Source: Hydrurus foetidus (taxonomy: Eukaryota). From it: a DNA stretch of 64,000 nt. Within the stretch, counting starts at the first letter, position 1; each line of letters opens with the position of its first letter. This document shows positions 1 through 9,160 of this stretch, piece after piece. The notes beneath the pieces were generated by a model that had not been told where the DNA came from, ran no database searches, and worked only from the letters and a program-made list of their open reading frames with translations. Both the position numbers and the translations under genes were made by a program. Where the stretch lies: NCBI GenBank assembly GCA_900617105.1, contig UYFQ01000032.1:496001-560000 (forward strand). The letters are read 5' to 3'.

Positions 1-905
1 CGCAGCGGGACTGGAACCTCTCCACCTACGTGCAGGCGCTGGACGAAGCCGTGGACGTGGCCCGCCAAATCACCGGCAGCCCCGATGTGACGCTGTGGGG
101 CGCGTGCTCCGGCGGCATGACGGCGGCAGCCTATGTCGGCTGGCTGGCGGCGACGGGGCAAAAGAAGGTGGCCAACCTGATCTCCCCGGTGTGCGTGCTC
201 GACCCGTCGAAAACGATGGACACCACGATGGGGCTGATGGTGGGCGAGGAAAGCCTCTCTGCCCTCAAAGTAGCGGTGAAGCGCAAAGGCGTGATCGACG
301 GCTCCGAGCTGGCCCGCGTGTTCGCGTGGCTGCGCCCGAACGATTTGATCTGGAACTACTGGGTCAACAACTACCTGTTGGGTAACAACCCACCGGCGTT
401 TGACATCCTCTACTGGAACGCCGACACCACGCGCCTGCCCGCCGCCTTCCATGCCGATTTGATCGGCATTTTTGAGAAAAACCCCTACGTCAACGCCAAT
501 GCAATGGAGGTGCTGGGCGAGCCGATCGACATGGGCAAAGTCGATGTGGAGGCCTACGTCGTTGCGGGCATCACCGACCACATCACGCCGTGGAAAGCCT
601 GCTTTGAGACGGCCAGGATCTTCGGCGCCAAGAGCACTTTCGTACTGGCAAACGCCGGGCACTTGCAGTGCATGCTGAACCCACCGGGCAGCCCCAAATC
701 GTTCTTCTTTGCAGCCAATGCGGGCGACGCGCAGCCCGAAGCCTGGGCCGAGACCGCGCCGCGCAATGAGGGCAGCTGGTGGCCGCACTGGATGGCGTGG
801 ATGCAGCAGCGCTCAGGCGCCCTCAAGCCCACGCCGAAAAAGCTGGGCAGCCGCAAATACCCGGCTGGCGTTGATGCCCCCGGTGAGTACGTGATGGTGC
901 CTTGA
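1..905 (+). CDS. phaC: PHA synthase, class II-like (5'-truncated by window edge)
   Basis: Frame open from base 3 (QRDWNLSTYVQALDEAV); lipase-box Cys GACSGG, FAWLRPNDLIWNYWVNNYLLG, DHITPW, GH, GSWWPHW motifs typical of PhaC. Confidence 0.92.
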   Translation, partial: QRDWNLSTYVQALDEAVDVARQITGSPDVTLWGACSGGMTAAAYVGWLAATGQKKVANLISPVCVLDPSKTMDTTMGLMVGEESLSALKVAVKRKGVIDGSELARVFAWLRPNDLIWNYWVNNYLLGNNPPAFDILYWNADTTRLPAAFHADLIGIFEKNPYVNANAMEVLGEPIDMGKVDVEAYVVAGITDHITPWKACFETARIFGAKSTFVLANAGHLQCMLNPPGSPKSFFFAANAGDAQPEAWAETAPRNEGSWWPHWMAWMQQRSGALKPTPKKLGSRKYPAGVDAPGEYVMVP

Positions 906-927
906 GCGTCTTGAAAGGGAACACACG

Positions 928-1944
928 ATGACCGCAAACGCAGAAATGAATCCCTTGATGGGTTTGACCTTGGCCAGCACCCCGAGAAAACCTCGGGCCA
1001 AAGCCACACCGAAAGCCATGCCTAAAGCAACATCCAGGACAACGCCCCCAACAGCGGCCGATAGAAAACCAGCCCTCAGCGCTGTGGACAAACTCAGCGG
1101 CGTGCAAATCGACCCCGAGTCTGGTCTGCACATTGGCACGATTGACATCGACGGCCAACTGCTGCGCGTGGGCATTCGCCCTCGGCCTGCCAACTCTACA
1201 GCCCGGTCTAGCGCCCCGCTGTTACTGTTCAACGGCATTGGGGCCAACATGGAACTGGCCGGGCCGTTGCTGGCGGAGCTTGACCAGTTTGAATCCCTGA
1301 TTTTTGACCTTCCCGGCGCAGGCAAATCGCCACCGCCCAAGTACCCTTACCGCCTGTTCAGCATGGCCAGACTGGCCCGCAAGCTGCTCGATGAGCTGGG
1401 GTATGGCACGGTGGACGTGATGGGTGTCTCGTGGGGTGGAGGCTTGGCGCAGCAGTTCGCCATCCAGTACCCCCAACGGGTGCGCCGCTTGGTGCTCGCC
1501 GCAACTGCGATGGGCGGGCCGACCATGGTCCCCGGCCACCCCAGCGTGCTGCTGAAAATGGTGAACCCACGCCGTTACCTGGACAAAGGCTACATGAAGC
1601 GTGTGGCCCCCCAGCTCTACGGCGGCGACCTGCGTACCGACCCGGACGCGATCAAACTCTTCACCGACCACGCCAAAGGGGGCGATAAAAAGGGCTACCG
1701 CTATCAAATGCTGGCCATGCTAGGCTGGACAAGCCTGCCCTGGCTGTGGCGCATCAAGCACCCCACGCTGGTGATGGCCGGTAACGACGACCCGCTGGTG
1801 CCACTCATCAACGCCCGGCTGCACGCTTGGCTGCTGAGCGATGCACGCTTGCACATCCTGAACGACGGCCATTTGTTCTTGCTGACCCGCGCCAAGGAGA
1901 CAGCTGACACCATTGCGGCGTTTTTGGAGGAATCTAAGGCGTAA
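928..1944 (+). CDS. phaZ: intracellular PHA depolymerase (Pseudomonas PhaZ type alpha/beta hydrolase)
   Basis: PLLLFNGIGANMEL, GVSWGG lipase box, DDPLVP, DGHLFL; directly downstream of phaC. Confidence 0.88.
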   Translation: MTANAEMNPLMGLTLASTPRKPRAKATPKAMPKATSRTTPPTAADRKPALSAVDKLSGVQIDPESGLHIGTIDIDGQLLRVGIRPRPANSTARSSAPLLLFNGIGANMELAGPLLAELDQFESLIFDLPGAGKSPPPKYPYRLFSMARLARKLLDELGYGTVDVMGVSWGGGLAQQFAIQYPQRVRRLVLAATAMGGPTMVPGHPSVLLKMVNPRRYLDKGYMKRVAPQLYGGDLRTDPDAIKLFTDHAKGGDKKGYRYQMLAMLGWTSLPWLWRIKHPTLVMAGNDDPLVPLINARLHAWLLSDARLHILNDGHLFLLTRAKETADTIAAFLEESKA

Positions 1945-1984
1945 GCTGTGGGGTGTATTCACCTCAACCGCTCAGGAGACAACC

Positions 1985-2893
1985 TTGGTCACAACCGTTA
2001 AAGCTAAAAAGCCCAGCCCCACCACAAAAGATGCGCCCCCCGTGCGCGTACGCAAAGCGGCGGTGAAACCGGCGGTCAAAACTGCCACCAAAGCACCAGC
2101 CAAAGTGGCTACGACAAGAGCTTCAGCCCAACGTGCGGCCTCTTCCAGCACACCCGCCGAAACCCCGGCAGCGCCTAAATCCTCCTTGCCTAGCGCCGCT
2201 ACGCTGTTTGCCTCCGTTTCAGCGGCTGCCACATCAGCCGCCGCTGCGGCGGCTGAGCGCCAGCCGCTGATCCGCCCTGCCACGGTGGCGATGGTGACAT
2301 CGCTGGCCCGGCAGCTGCAAGGCTGGGCCGGTACGGTGCTGGGCAATGTGGGTGCAGCCACCGATTTATCGCTGTGGATCGCCAAAAACAAAGCTGAAGG
2401 CCCACTCGCCAAAGCCGCCTTGAGCAAAACCCAATCGCTGTTGCGTGACCTGCGCGAAACAGCAGGCCTGACGCGAGACGACCTCAGCAAAGCGCTGGAC
2501 TTGGAAGACCGCTCATTCATGGAAATGGTGGAAAGCGGCCAAGTCACCGCCCTGCCCTTCGATCTGATCTTGCGCTTAGCCTCGGTGTTGGGCCGCAGCG
2601 ACCCGCTGACCATGATTTTGCAGATGACCCGCGTCTACAACCCGAAAATGTGGAAAACACTGGAATCGCTGGGCATTGGCAAGCTGTTTGTACAGGCGGG
2701 GCGCGAGCGTGAATTCGCCAACATCTACCGCAGCAACGACGCAGCGCGGGCACTGTCAGATGCCGATTTCGCCACCGCCCTGGCCTTTACCAGCGCAGCA
2801 TTCAACACCGCGTTGGCTTTCCAGACGACCGTCAAAAAACCCGCCAAGCCCAAAGAATCGGGCAAAGAAGAACCCAAGGAAACCCATGATTAA
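1985..2893 (+). CDS. XRE-like HTH protein with Lys/Ala/Pro-rich N-terminus
   Basis: TTG start after CAGGAG RBS; KKPSP/KAAVKPAVKTATKAPAK low-complexity segment; LRDLRETAGLTRDDLSKAL HTH-like segment. Confidence 0.65.
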   Translation: MVTTVKAKKPSPTTKDAPPVRVRKAAVKPAVKTATKAPAKVATTRASAQRAASSSTPAETPAAPKSSLPSAATLFASVSAAATSAAAAAAERQPLIRPATVAMVTSLARQLQGWAGTVLGNVGAATDLSLWIAKNKAEGPLAKAALSKTQSLLRDLRETAGLTRDDLSKALDLEDRSFMEMVESGQVTALPFDLILRLASVLGRSDPLTMILQMTRVYNPKMWKTLESLGIGKLFVQAGREREFANIYRSNDAARALSDADFATALAFTSAAFNTALAFQTTVKKPAKPKESGKEEPKETHD

Positions 2894-4022
2894 GCGCACC
2901 CTGTTTTCAGAAGACCACGACCAATTCCGTGACTCGGTTCGCCGCTTCATGGAAAACGAAGTGCTGCCCCACCATGATGCCTGGGAAGACCAGGGCTATG
3001 TCGACCGCTCGGTGTGGACAAAGGCCGGTGAAGCCGGATTTTTGTGCCCCACCATGCCCGAAGAATACGGCGGCGTGGGCGTGGACAAGTGCTTCAGCGT
3101 GGTGCTGATGGAAGAACAGTTTCGCGTCAACGCCACCGGACTTGGGTTTGCGCTGCACTCAGAAATCGTGGCCCCCTACATCCTGCACTATGGCAGTGAG
3201 CACCTCAAAACCAAATACCTGCCCAAAATGGCCACAGGTGAAATGATTGGGGCTATCGCCATGTCGGAACCAGCAGCCGGCTCCGACTTGCAAGGCATAC
3301 GCGCCGCAGCGGTGAAGCACGACGACCACTACCTGCTCAATGGCTCCAAAACCTTCATCACCAACGGCTGGCATTGCGATCTGGTGATCGTGGTGGCCAA
3401 AACCAACCCGACCTTGGGGGCCAAAGGCATCAGCCTGTTCATTGTGGACACCTCTATGCCCGGCTTTACCAAGGGCAAGCGGTTGAAAAAAGTCGGATTG
3501 AAAGCACAGGACACCTCTGAGCTGTTTTTTGACAATGTGAAAGTCCCGCTGGAAAACCTGTTGGGTGCAGAAGGCTCCGGCTTTGTGAGCCTGATGCAAG
3601 AGCTGCCTTGGGAGCGCATGCAGATCGCCATCATGTCAATGGCCTCCGCCGAAGCCGCTCTGGAATGGACACTCACCTACACCCGTGAGCGCAAAGCTTT
3701 TGGGCAAGAGATTTTCAAGTTCCAAAACACCCGCTTCACACTGGCCGAGTTGGCCACTGAAATCCAAATTGGCCGCGTCTTCGTAGACCGCTGCATTGAG
3801 CTGCTGCTGAAGAACGAACTCGATACCGCGACCGCTTCCATGGCCAAAGCGTGGTGCTCCGATTTGCAAGGCAAAGTACTGGACGCTTGCGTGCAACTGC
3901 ACGGCGGCTACGGATTCATGTGGGAATATCCGGTTGCCCGCGCCTGGGCCGATGCACGGGTACAGCGGATTTATGGCGGTACCAACGAAATCATGAAGGA
4001 AGTGATCGCGCGCTCACTCTAA
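2886..4022 (+). CDS. acyl-CoA dehydrogenase (long-chain type)
   Basis: AMSEPAAGSD, NGSKTFITNG, R-AFG, QLHGGYG, IYGGTNEIMK motifs; start overlaps upstream stop. Confidence 0.93.
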   Translation: MIKRTLFSEDHDQFRDSVRRFMENEVLPHHDAWEDQGYVDRSVWTKAGEAGFLCPTMPEEYGGVGVDKCFSVVLMEEQFRVNATGLGFALHSEIVAPYILHYGSEHLKTKYLPKMATGEMIGAIAMSEPAAGSDLQGIRAAAVKHDDHYLLNGSKTFITNGWHCDLVIVVAKTNPTLGAKGISLFIVDTSMPGFTKGKRLKKVGLKAQDTSELFFDNVKVPLENLLGAEGSGFVSLMQELPWERMQIAIMSMASAEAALEWTLTYTRERKAFGQEIFKFQNTRFTLAELATEIQIGRVFVDRCIELLLKNELDTATASMAKAWCSDLQGKVLDACVQLHGGYGFMWEYPVARAWADARVQRIYGGTNEIMKEVIARSL

Positions 4023-4120
4023 ATGGTGTTTCAGTGCAAATAAGCCCCCATCAGCGCTTGTTCGCAGGATATGATGTTTCTTGCAAGTAAGAAGTTGGAA
4101 GTTGATAACACCAAGTTCAC

Positions 4121-4154
4121 AACCCCCACTGGGTTTCTCAGTGGGGGTTTTTTT
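4121..4154 (+). terminator. intrinsic terminator
   Basis: AACCCCCACTG-loop-CAGTGGGGGTT followed by T-run, between convergent genes. Confidence 0.8.
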
Positions 4155-4183
4155 ATGGGGGCATCGTGTGGGGTTGCTTGGGG

Positions 4184-5170
4184 TTACTTTTGCTGCCATG
4201 TGTCACCTGCATCCAAGCCCTGTGGATGCGCCAAACGCGCCTCAGCCACAGCATCCCCCAGCAACGTAGCCCGCCACCAGTCGGTGGTGACAGCGGCCAC
4301 CAGCGCATGGTGGCGCACTTGCAGCGTGCGCGAGACCGGCTCACGGGGTACGATTTCTGTAGCACGCCCGGTCTGTCCGCCAAAGGTCATGTGGTCTGCA
4401 TCTTGCAGCACCAACTGGGCTTTGTGCCCCGCAGGCAACGCGGTAAAGACGGCCATACGTCGATCCGGCGTCGCGCCATTGCCCACCACATCACCGTCTC
4501 TCGTCCCTGTGAGGCAAAGCACAGGCCGAGTGAGTGTGGCAAATGCAACAGTGGCATCCCCTGCAACAGGCACCGAGGGCGACAACGCAATGAAGGCAGC
4601 CAGCCGAGGCTCGTCCATGGCAGCCATTCCAGGGTAACGCTGCCCCGCCATGCCCAGCGTGGTGTGCGCACCGAAAGAATGCCCGCTCATCCCTACCGCC
4701 GTAGGCCGTGCGTTGACCCAGCCCGGTGCAGCACTGTGGTGCCGACGCGCAATCTCGTCCAGCACAAAACGAATGTCTTGCAACCGGGCCAGCAACTGCT
4801 GCGCACTGCCCAAACTGCGCAAGCCCGCGCGGTTGGCGAACGAACCTGCCGCTGCACGCACAGCGGCTAAATCACTGCCAGCGTGCTGTACATGCAACAC
4901 CACAAAGCCCGCTGCAGCCCAAGCCTGGCCCCACACGGCCCCGCCCTCACGCGAACCGCCGAGACCGTGGGAAAACAGCACAATAGGCGACGCCCCCGCA
5001 GCACCCGCATTCGGCCAACGCACTTTCACGGGCAGATCGCGCTGACGGCTGGTGTCTGTCCAGACTTCATCAACGACCAAGGGTTCGGGTGCAGCAGTGG
5101 CCTGTCCTGCACAGGCGCTAAGGCCCAAGGCCAGCACATTGCGTCGGTTCATGGGGTTGTTCATACGCAT
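4184..5170 (-). CDS. exported alpha/beta hydrolase (dienelactone hydrolase / PAF-AH-like)
   Basis: NRRNVLAL twin-Arg-like leader, FSHGLGGS, GHSFG nucleophile, TGTRD, ADHMTF; exact start (5152-5170) uncertain. Confidence 0.8.
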   Translation of the reverse strand: MRMNNPMNRRNVLALGLSACAGQATAAPEPLVVDEVWTDTSRQRDLPVKVRWPNAGAAGASPIVLFSHGLGGSREGGAVWGQAWAAAGFVVLHVQHAGSDLAAVRAAAGSFANRAGLRSLGSAQQLLARLQDIRFVLDEIARRHHSAAPGWVNARPTAVGMSGHSFGAHTTLGMAGQRYPGMAAMDEPRLAAFIALSPSVPVAGDATVAFATLTRPVLCLTGTRDGDVVGNGATPDRRMAVFTALPAGHKAQLVLQDADHMTFGGQTGRATEIVPREPVSRTLQVRHHALVAAVTTDWWRATLLGDAVAEARLAHPQGLDAGDTWQQK

Positions 5171-5243
5171 AATTATGGGTTGTTCGGGCTCGCTGCAAGC
5201 GGAATACATTGCAATCGGCCAATGCGGCCACAGGTAACAAAGG

Positions 5244-6101
5244 ATGGACACACCCACACTTACCCTGTTGACCCTCAGCGCCGCCACCTTGGCCTGGGTG
5301 GTCTGGCTGTTGGGCGAACCGTTTTGGGTGGCGCGGCGGCGTGAGCGGGTGCAAAAGGTGGCTTTTCCTGCGGCGTGGCGCAAAATTTTGCGTCGCCGGG
5401 TGCCAATGGTGCGCCGCTTGCCCGTTGATTTGCAGCTGCAACTCAAAAAACACATGCAGGTGTTCATCGCTGAAAAAACCTTCATCGGCTGCGCAGGTCT
5501 GAAAATTACCGATGAAATGCGCGTGGTGATTGCCGCACTTGCCTGCTTGCTCATTTTGAACCGCCCTACAGGCTACTTCCGCAATTTACGGCAAATTTTG
5601 ATCTACCCCGGTGCGTTCGCGGTTGACCGGGTTCACGCCGACGGTACGGGTGTTTTGCAAGAGCAGCGGCAAGCACTGTCAGGGGAATCGTGGTCACAGG
5701 GACAAGTGATTTTGTCGTGGCAAGACAGCTTGGAAGGTGCGGCCGTGGCCAGCGATGGCCGCAATGTGGTGATCCACGAATTCGCCCATCAGCTTGACCA
5801 AGAAAATGGCCCCGCAAATGGCGCACCACGCCTGCCCCGCCATGCGGATTCACGCCGCTGGTCACAGGTTTTTCAAGCGGCTTATGACCGATTGCAGACA
5901 CAAGTCCAGCAGGGTGAAACCGGGCTTTTGAACCCTTACGGCGCAACCAACCCCGCAGAATTTTTCGCGGTGGCATCGGAGGTATTTTTTGAGCAAGCCG
6001 AGGCGATGGCATGGGATGACCCGGCGCTGTACGCGGTGTTATGCGACTTTTACCAAGTCAACCCAGTGAACTGGTTGCCAGTAACATCAGCGCCATGCTA
6101 A
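5244..6101 (+). CDS. M90 family zinc metallopeptidase (MtfA-like)
   Basis: GESW, NVVIHEFAHQLD, YGATNPAEFFAVASEVFFE. Confidence 0.9.
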   Translation: MDTPTLTLLTLSAATLAWVVWLLGEPFWVARRRERVQKVAFPAAWRKILRRRVPMVRRLPVDLQLQLKKHMQVFIAEKTFIGCAGLKITDEMRVVIAALACLLILNRPTGYFRNLRQILIYPGAFAVDRVHADGTGVLQEQRQALSGESWSQGQVILSWQDSLEGAAVASDGRNVVIHEFAHQLDQENGPANGAPRLPRHADSRRWSQVFQAAYDRLQTQVQQGETGLLNPYGATNPAEFFAVASEVFFEQAEAMAWDDPALYAVLCDFYQVNPVNWLPVTSAPC

Positions 6102-6532
6102 TCCAACCCAGCCAAGCCGAAGTACGTCGTTTTTTTTGCTCTGTGTATGCCAAAGGGCAATCTGGACAAGCACTGGAAGCTATTGAAACCATAGCAATCC
6201 AGTGGATTGATGAACACCCGGAATACCATGCTGACTTTGCCGATGCCGATGCCGCTGTGGCCCGCATGTACGAGGTGGAAGACGGCAAGACGAATCCGTT
6301 TTTGCACCTGTCCATGCACCTCTCGATCAGCGAGCAATGCAGCATCGACCAGCCACGCGGCATTCGCCAAGCGGTGGAATTGCTGACGCACAAACGCAAT
6401 TCGCTGCACGCGGCTCACCACGAAACGATGGAATGTCTGGGCACCATGCTGTGGGAAAGCCAACGTGCAGGCCGCCCGCCCGATGGCCATGCCTATATTG
6501 ACTGTGTACAGCGACACGCCACCCGCGATTAA
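6095..6532 (+). CDS. DUF1841 family protein
   Basis: HPEYH, NPFLHLSMHLSISEQCSIDQPRGI motifs. Confidence 0.85.
   Translation: MLIQPSQAEVRRFFCSVYAKGQSGQALEAIETIAIQWIDEHPEYHADFADADAAVARMYEVEDGKTNPFLHLSMHLSISEQCSIDQPRGIRQAVELLTHKRNSLHAAHHETMECLGTMLWESQRAGRPPDGHAYIDCVQRHATRD
6141..6195 (-). repeat. ~55-bp dispersed motif copy (inside DUF1841 gene)
   Basis: core GCTATGGTTTCAATAGC, GC at +8/9 and +21/22; T-tract absent. Confidence 0.6.
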
Positions 6533-6533
6533 C

Positions 6534-6573
6534 AAAAAAACCCGCCAAAGCACTGGGCTTTGGCGGGTTTTTT
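6534..6573. terminator. bidirectional intrinsic terminator
   Basis: A-run CCCGCCAAAGC-loop-GCTTTGGCGGG T-run between convergent genes. Confidence 0.88.
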
Positions 6574-6587
6574 GGCAGCTTGCTAAT

Positions 6588-7274
6588 TTAACGGAAGCGC
6601 GACTCAGGCACCACCTTCAACTCGGTGGGCAGGCTCGACAAATACGCGGCTGTTTCGCGGATTTGCGCTTCAAACTCTTGTGGGCCAACGGCCTTTTGCG
6701 TGGCTTTGATCGTGCCGCTCATAGAGGCATGCGCACGGCCCCACATGGGGTTGCCTTCAACCATGTAAGAGCGCATCGATACCAGCAAGTAGTCTTTGTG
6801 CTGTCCCGCTAACTTGGGGTAGCTGGGATCAAGTGGTGTAGTGAAATTGACTCCGTGGCATGAAGCGCAGTTGCCCGTTTTCAACAGCGCAGCCGCTTTG
6901 GTGCCAGGCTCAATCGTCAGCTTTTCAGGCGCTTTCACAGGCTCGCCACCGTGGGTGCTGTAGTAAGCAGCCAAATTGGCCATGTCTTGATCGGTCAGAC
7001 TGGCAGAAATCGCCTGCATGGTAGGGTGCTTGCGCTCGCCACCTTTGTACTGAACCAAGGCATTCACGATGTACTTGGCCCCTTGACCAGAGATCATTGG
7101 GACTTTATAGACTTGGGGAAAGCTGGCTTGGTAGCCCACAATGCCATGGCAACCAATGCACATGGCATTGATCTTTTCGCCGGCTTTGGCATCGCCTTTG
7201 ATCTCTTGAGAGAGGGCGGCCCCGGTCACTGAGGCGACAGCGAGGGCGAATACGGTGGTCAACAACTTGTTCAT
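6588..7274 (-). CDS. diheme cytochrome c4/c553
   Basis: signal peptide, two CxxCH motifs (CIGCH, CASCH), PKLAGQ. Confidence 0.92.
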   Translation of the reverse strand: MNKLLTTVFALAVASVTGAALSQEIKGDAKAGEKINAMCIGCHGIVGYQASFPQVYKVPMISGQGAKYIVNALVQYKGGERKHPTMQAISASLTDQDMANLAAYYSTHGGEPVKAPEKLTIEPGTKAAALLKTGNCASCHGVNFTTPLDPSYPKLAGQHKDYLLVSMRSYMVEGNPMWGRAHASMSGTIKATQKAVGPQEFEAQIRETAAYLSSLPTELKVVPESRFR

Positions 7275-7444
7275 TTTGCACGCACAATCAGGTGGGGATT
7301 TGATCTTTCGATCCTCTTTTGATTATAGCTGTCGTCTTTTTCAACAGAGCGTCCCGTGGGTAACAAACACTTGATGGCTTTCACTGATAGCCTCTCACAT
7401 TGCACACATTTAACTCCACCACTCACTGCTCCAGCACTACCCCT

Positions 7445-8299
7445 ATGAAGTTCACAGGTTCAGAAAACTACGTTGCCACCCAAGATTTGATGCTCGCTGT
7501 CAACGCTGCCATCACCTTGAAGCGCCCCTTGTTGGTCAAAGGTGAACCCGGCACCGGCAAAACCATGCTGGCGGAAGAAGTAGCTGCCTCATTGGGCATG
7601 CCACTGTTGCAATGGCACATCAAAAGCACCACCAAAGCACAGCAAGGCCTGTATGAATACGACGCGGTAAGCCGTCTGCGTGACAGCCAACTCAGCAGCA
7701 TTGAGGGCAGCGAGAAGGTCAAAGACATCCATAACTACATCCTCAAAGGGGTTTTGTGGCAAGCCTTTACCGCCGAAGAACCCGTCGCCCTGCTGATCGA
7801 CGAGATCGACAAGGCCGATATTGAGTTCCCGAACGACCTGCTGCGCGAGCTCGACCGCATGGAGTTCTACTGCTACGAGACCCGTGAACTGGTGCGCGCT
7901 AAAAACCGCCCGCTGGTGTTCATCACCTCGAACAATGAAAAAGAACTGCCCGATGCATTTTTGCGCCGCTGCTTCTTCCACTACATCAAGTTCCCCGATG
8001 CCACCACGATGCAGCACATCGTGGACGTGCATTTCCCCAGCCTCAAGAAAGAACTGCTCGCTGCGGCGATGAAAACCTTCTATGAAGTGCGCAACCTGCC
8101 CGGCCTGAAGAAAAAACCCTCCACCAGCGAGTTACTGGACTGGCTCAAACTGTTGGTTGCCGAAGATATTCCGTTGGAAGTTTTACAAAGCAAAGATGAC
8201 AAAGTGAGCTTGCCACCCCTGCTTGGAGCGCTCCTGAAAAATGAGCAAGACGTGACCTTGTTTGAAAAGCTGGTGTTCATGAACCAGCGCAACCGCTGA
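7445..8299 (+). CDS. MoxR family AAA+ ATPase
   Basis: GEPGTGKT Walker A, LLIDEIDKA Walker B, ELPDAFLRRC. Confidence 0.92.
   Translation: MKFTGSENYVATQDLMLAVNAAITLKRPLLVKGEPGTGKTMLAEEVAASLGMPLLQWHIKSTTKAQQGLYEYDAVSRLRDSQLSSIEGSEKVKDIHNYILKGVLWQAFTAEEPVALLIDEIDKADIEFPNDLLRELDRMEFYCYETRELVRAKNRPLVFITSNNEKELPDAFLRRCFFHYIKFPDATTMQHIVDVHFPSLKKELLAAAMKTFYEVRNLPGLKKKPSTSELLDWLKLLVAEDIPLEVLQSKDDKVSLPPLLGALLKNEQDVTLFEKLVFMNQRNR
8192..8246 (-). repeat. ~55-bp dispersed motif copy (inside moxR)
   Basis: core GCTCATTTTTCAGGAGC, GC at +8/9 and +21/22, TTT near +36. Confidence 0.55.
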
Positions 8300-8309
8300 A
8301 GTACGCGCA

Positions 8310-8552
8310 ATGAACGGCGAATGGATTCACGGCGTGACCGACGCCTGCGGCTTTATCGGTGGCGCTCTGGGCGGGCTGTTCTTGGGGCAAGCTTTCGGGT
8401 TTGATGTGTTCGCCCCCGGTTACACCAACAACAGCATGGTCGGCATCGTGTTGTGTGGTGTGGGCGGTGGCCTGGGGTTGCAACTGACACGTTGGGCCAT
8501 ACGCCTCACCCGCGCCAACACCACCACCAACCCCAAAAATAAGAAACCTTAG
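8310..8552 (+). CDS. small membrane protein
   Basis: 80-aa ORF with two Gly-rich hydrophobic helices, filling the gap within the operon. Confidence 0.65.
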   Translation: MNGEWIHGVTDACGFIGGALGGLFLGQAFGFDVFAPGYTNNSMVGIVLCGVGGGLGLQLTRWAIRLTRANTTTNPKNKKP

Positions 8553-8554
8553 CC

Positions 8555-9154
8555 ATGACTGCCTTTGTACAACCCGTTGTTCTGTCTCAGCGCGGCGTGC
8601 GCCTGGAGCCGCTGACCCTGGCCCATGAAGACGGCTTGCGTGCTGCCGCTGCCGACGGTGAACTCTGGAACCTTCGCGTCACCTCGGTGCCTGAGCCTGA
8701 AAACACCCGCGCTTACATCGCAACCGCCCTCCAAATGCGCGAAGACGGCAACCGCTTTGCGTTCGCCATCATCGACGTGGCCACCGGCAAAGTGATCGGC
8801 TCCAGCAGCTACCACGACATCATCCCCGCCGTGAAGCGCGTGGAAATTGGCTACACCTGGTACGGCAAAAGCTACCAACGCAGCCACGTCAACAGCACCT
8901 GCAAACTGCTGCTGATGTCCCATGCCTTTGAGACGCTGGGCTGCAACGTGGTGGGCTGGCGCACCGACAACTTCAACTTCGCCAGCCAGGCCGCCATCGA
9001 GCGCCTGGGTGCTCACAAAGACGGCGTGATCCGTGGCCACGCCCTGCGCCGCGACGGCACCATCCGCGACACCGTGATGTACAGCTTGCGCGCCGGCGAA
9101 TGGCCAGAAGCCCGTGCTCAATTGCTGTACCAGTTAGACAAGCCTCGGAGTTAA
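8555..9154 (+). CDS. GNAT N-acetyltransferase (RimJ/RimL family)
   Basis: VEIGYTW, TDNFNFASQAAIERLG, DGTIRDTVMYS. Confidence 0.9.
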   Translation: MTAFVQPVVLSQRGVRLEPLTLAHEDGLRAAAADGELWNLRVTSVPEPENTRAYIATALQMREDGNRFAFAIIDVATGKVIGSSSYHDIIPAVKRVEIGYTWYGKSYQRSHVNSTCKLLLMSHAFETLGCNVVGWRTDNFNFASQAAIERLGAHKDGVIRGHALRRDGTIRDTVMYSLRAGEWPEARAQLLYQLDKPRS

Positions 9155-9160
9155 ATTCCC

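Noticed and set aside
2676..2885. Long N-terminal extensions in the ORF track (also 21302, 25263, 5554, 63336)
   Set aside because: They overlap neighbouring genes; downstream starts with an RBS or stop/start coupling fit the protein families better.
4030..4095. Possible further copies of the 55-bp motif (also near 7313 and 58928)
   Set aside because: Partial resemblance only; the core or the core-to-T-tract spacing does not fit.
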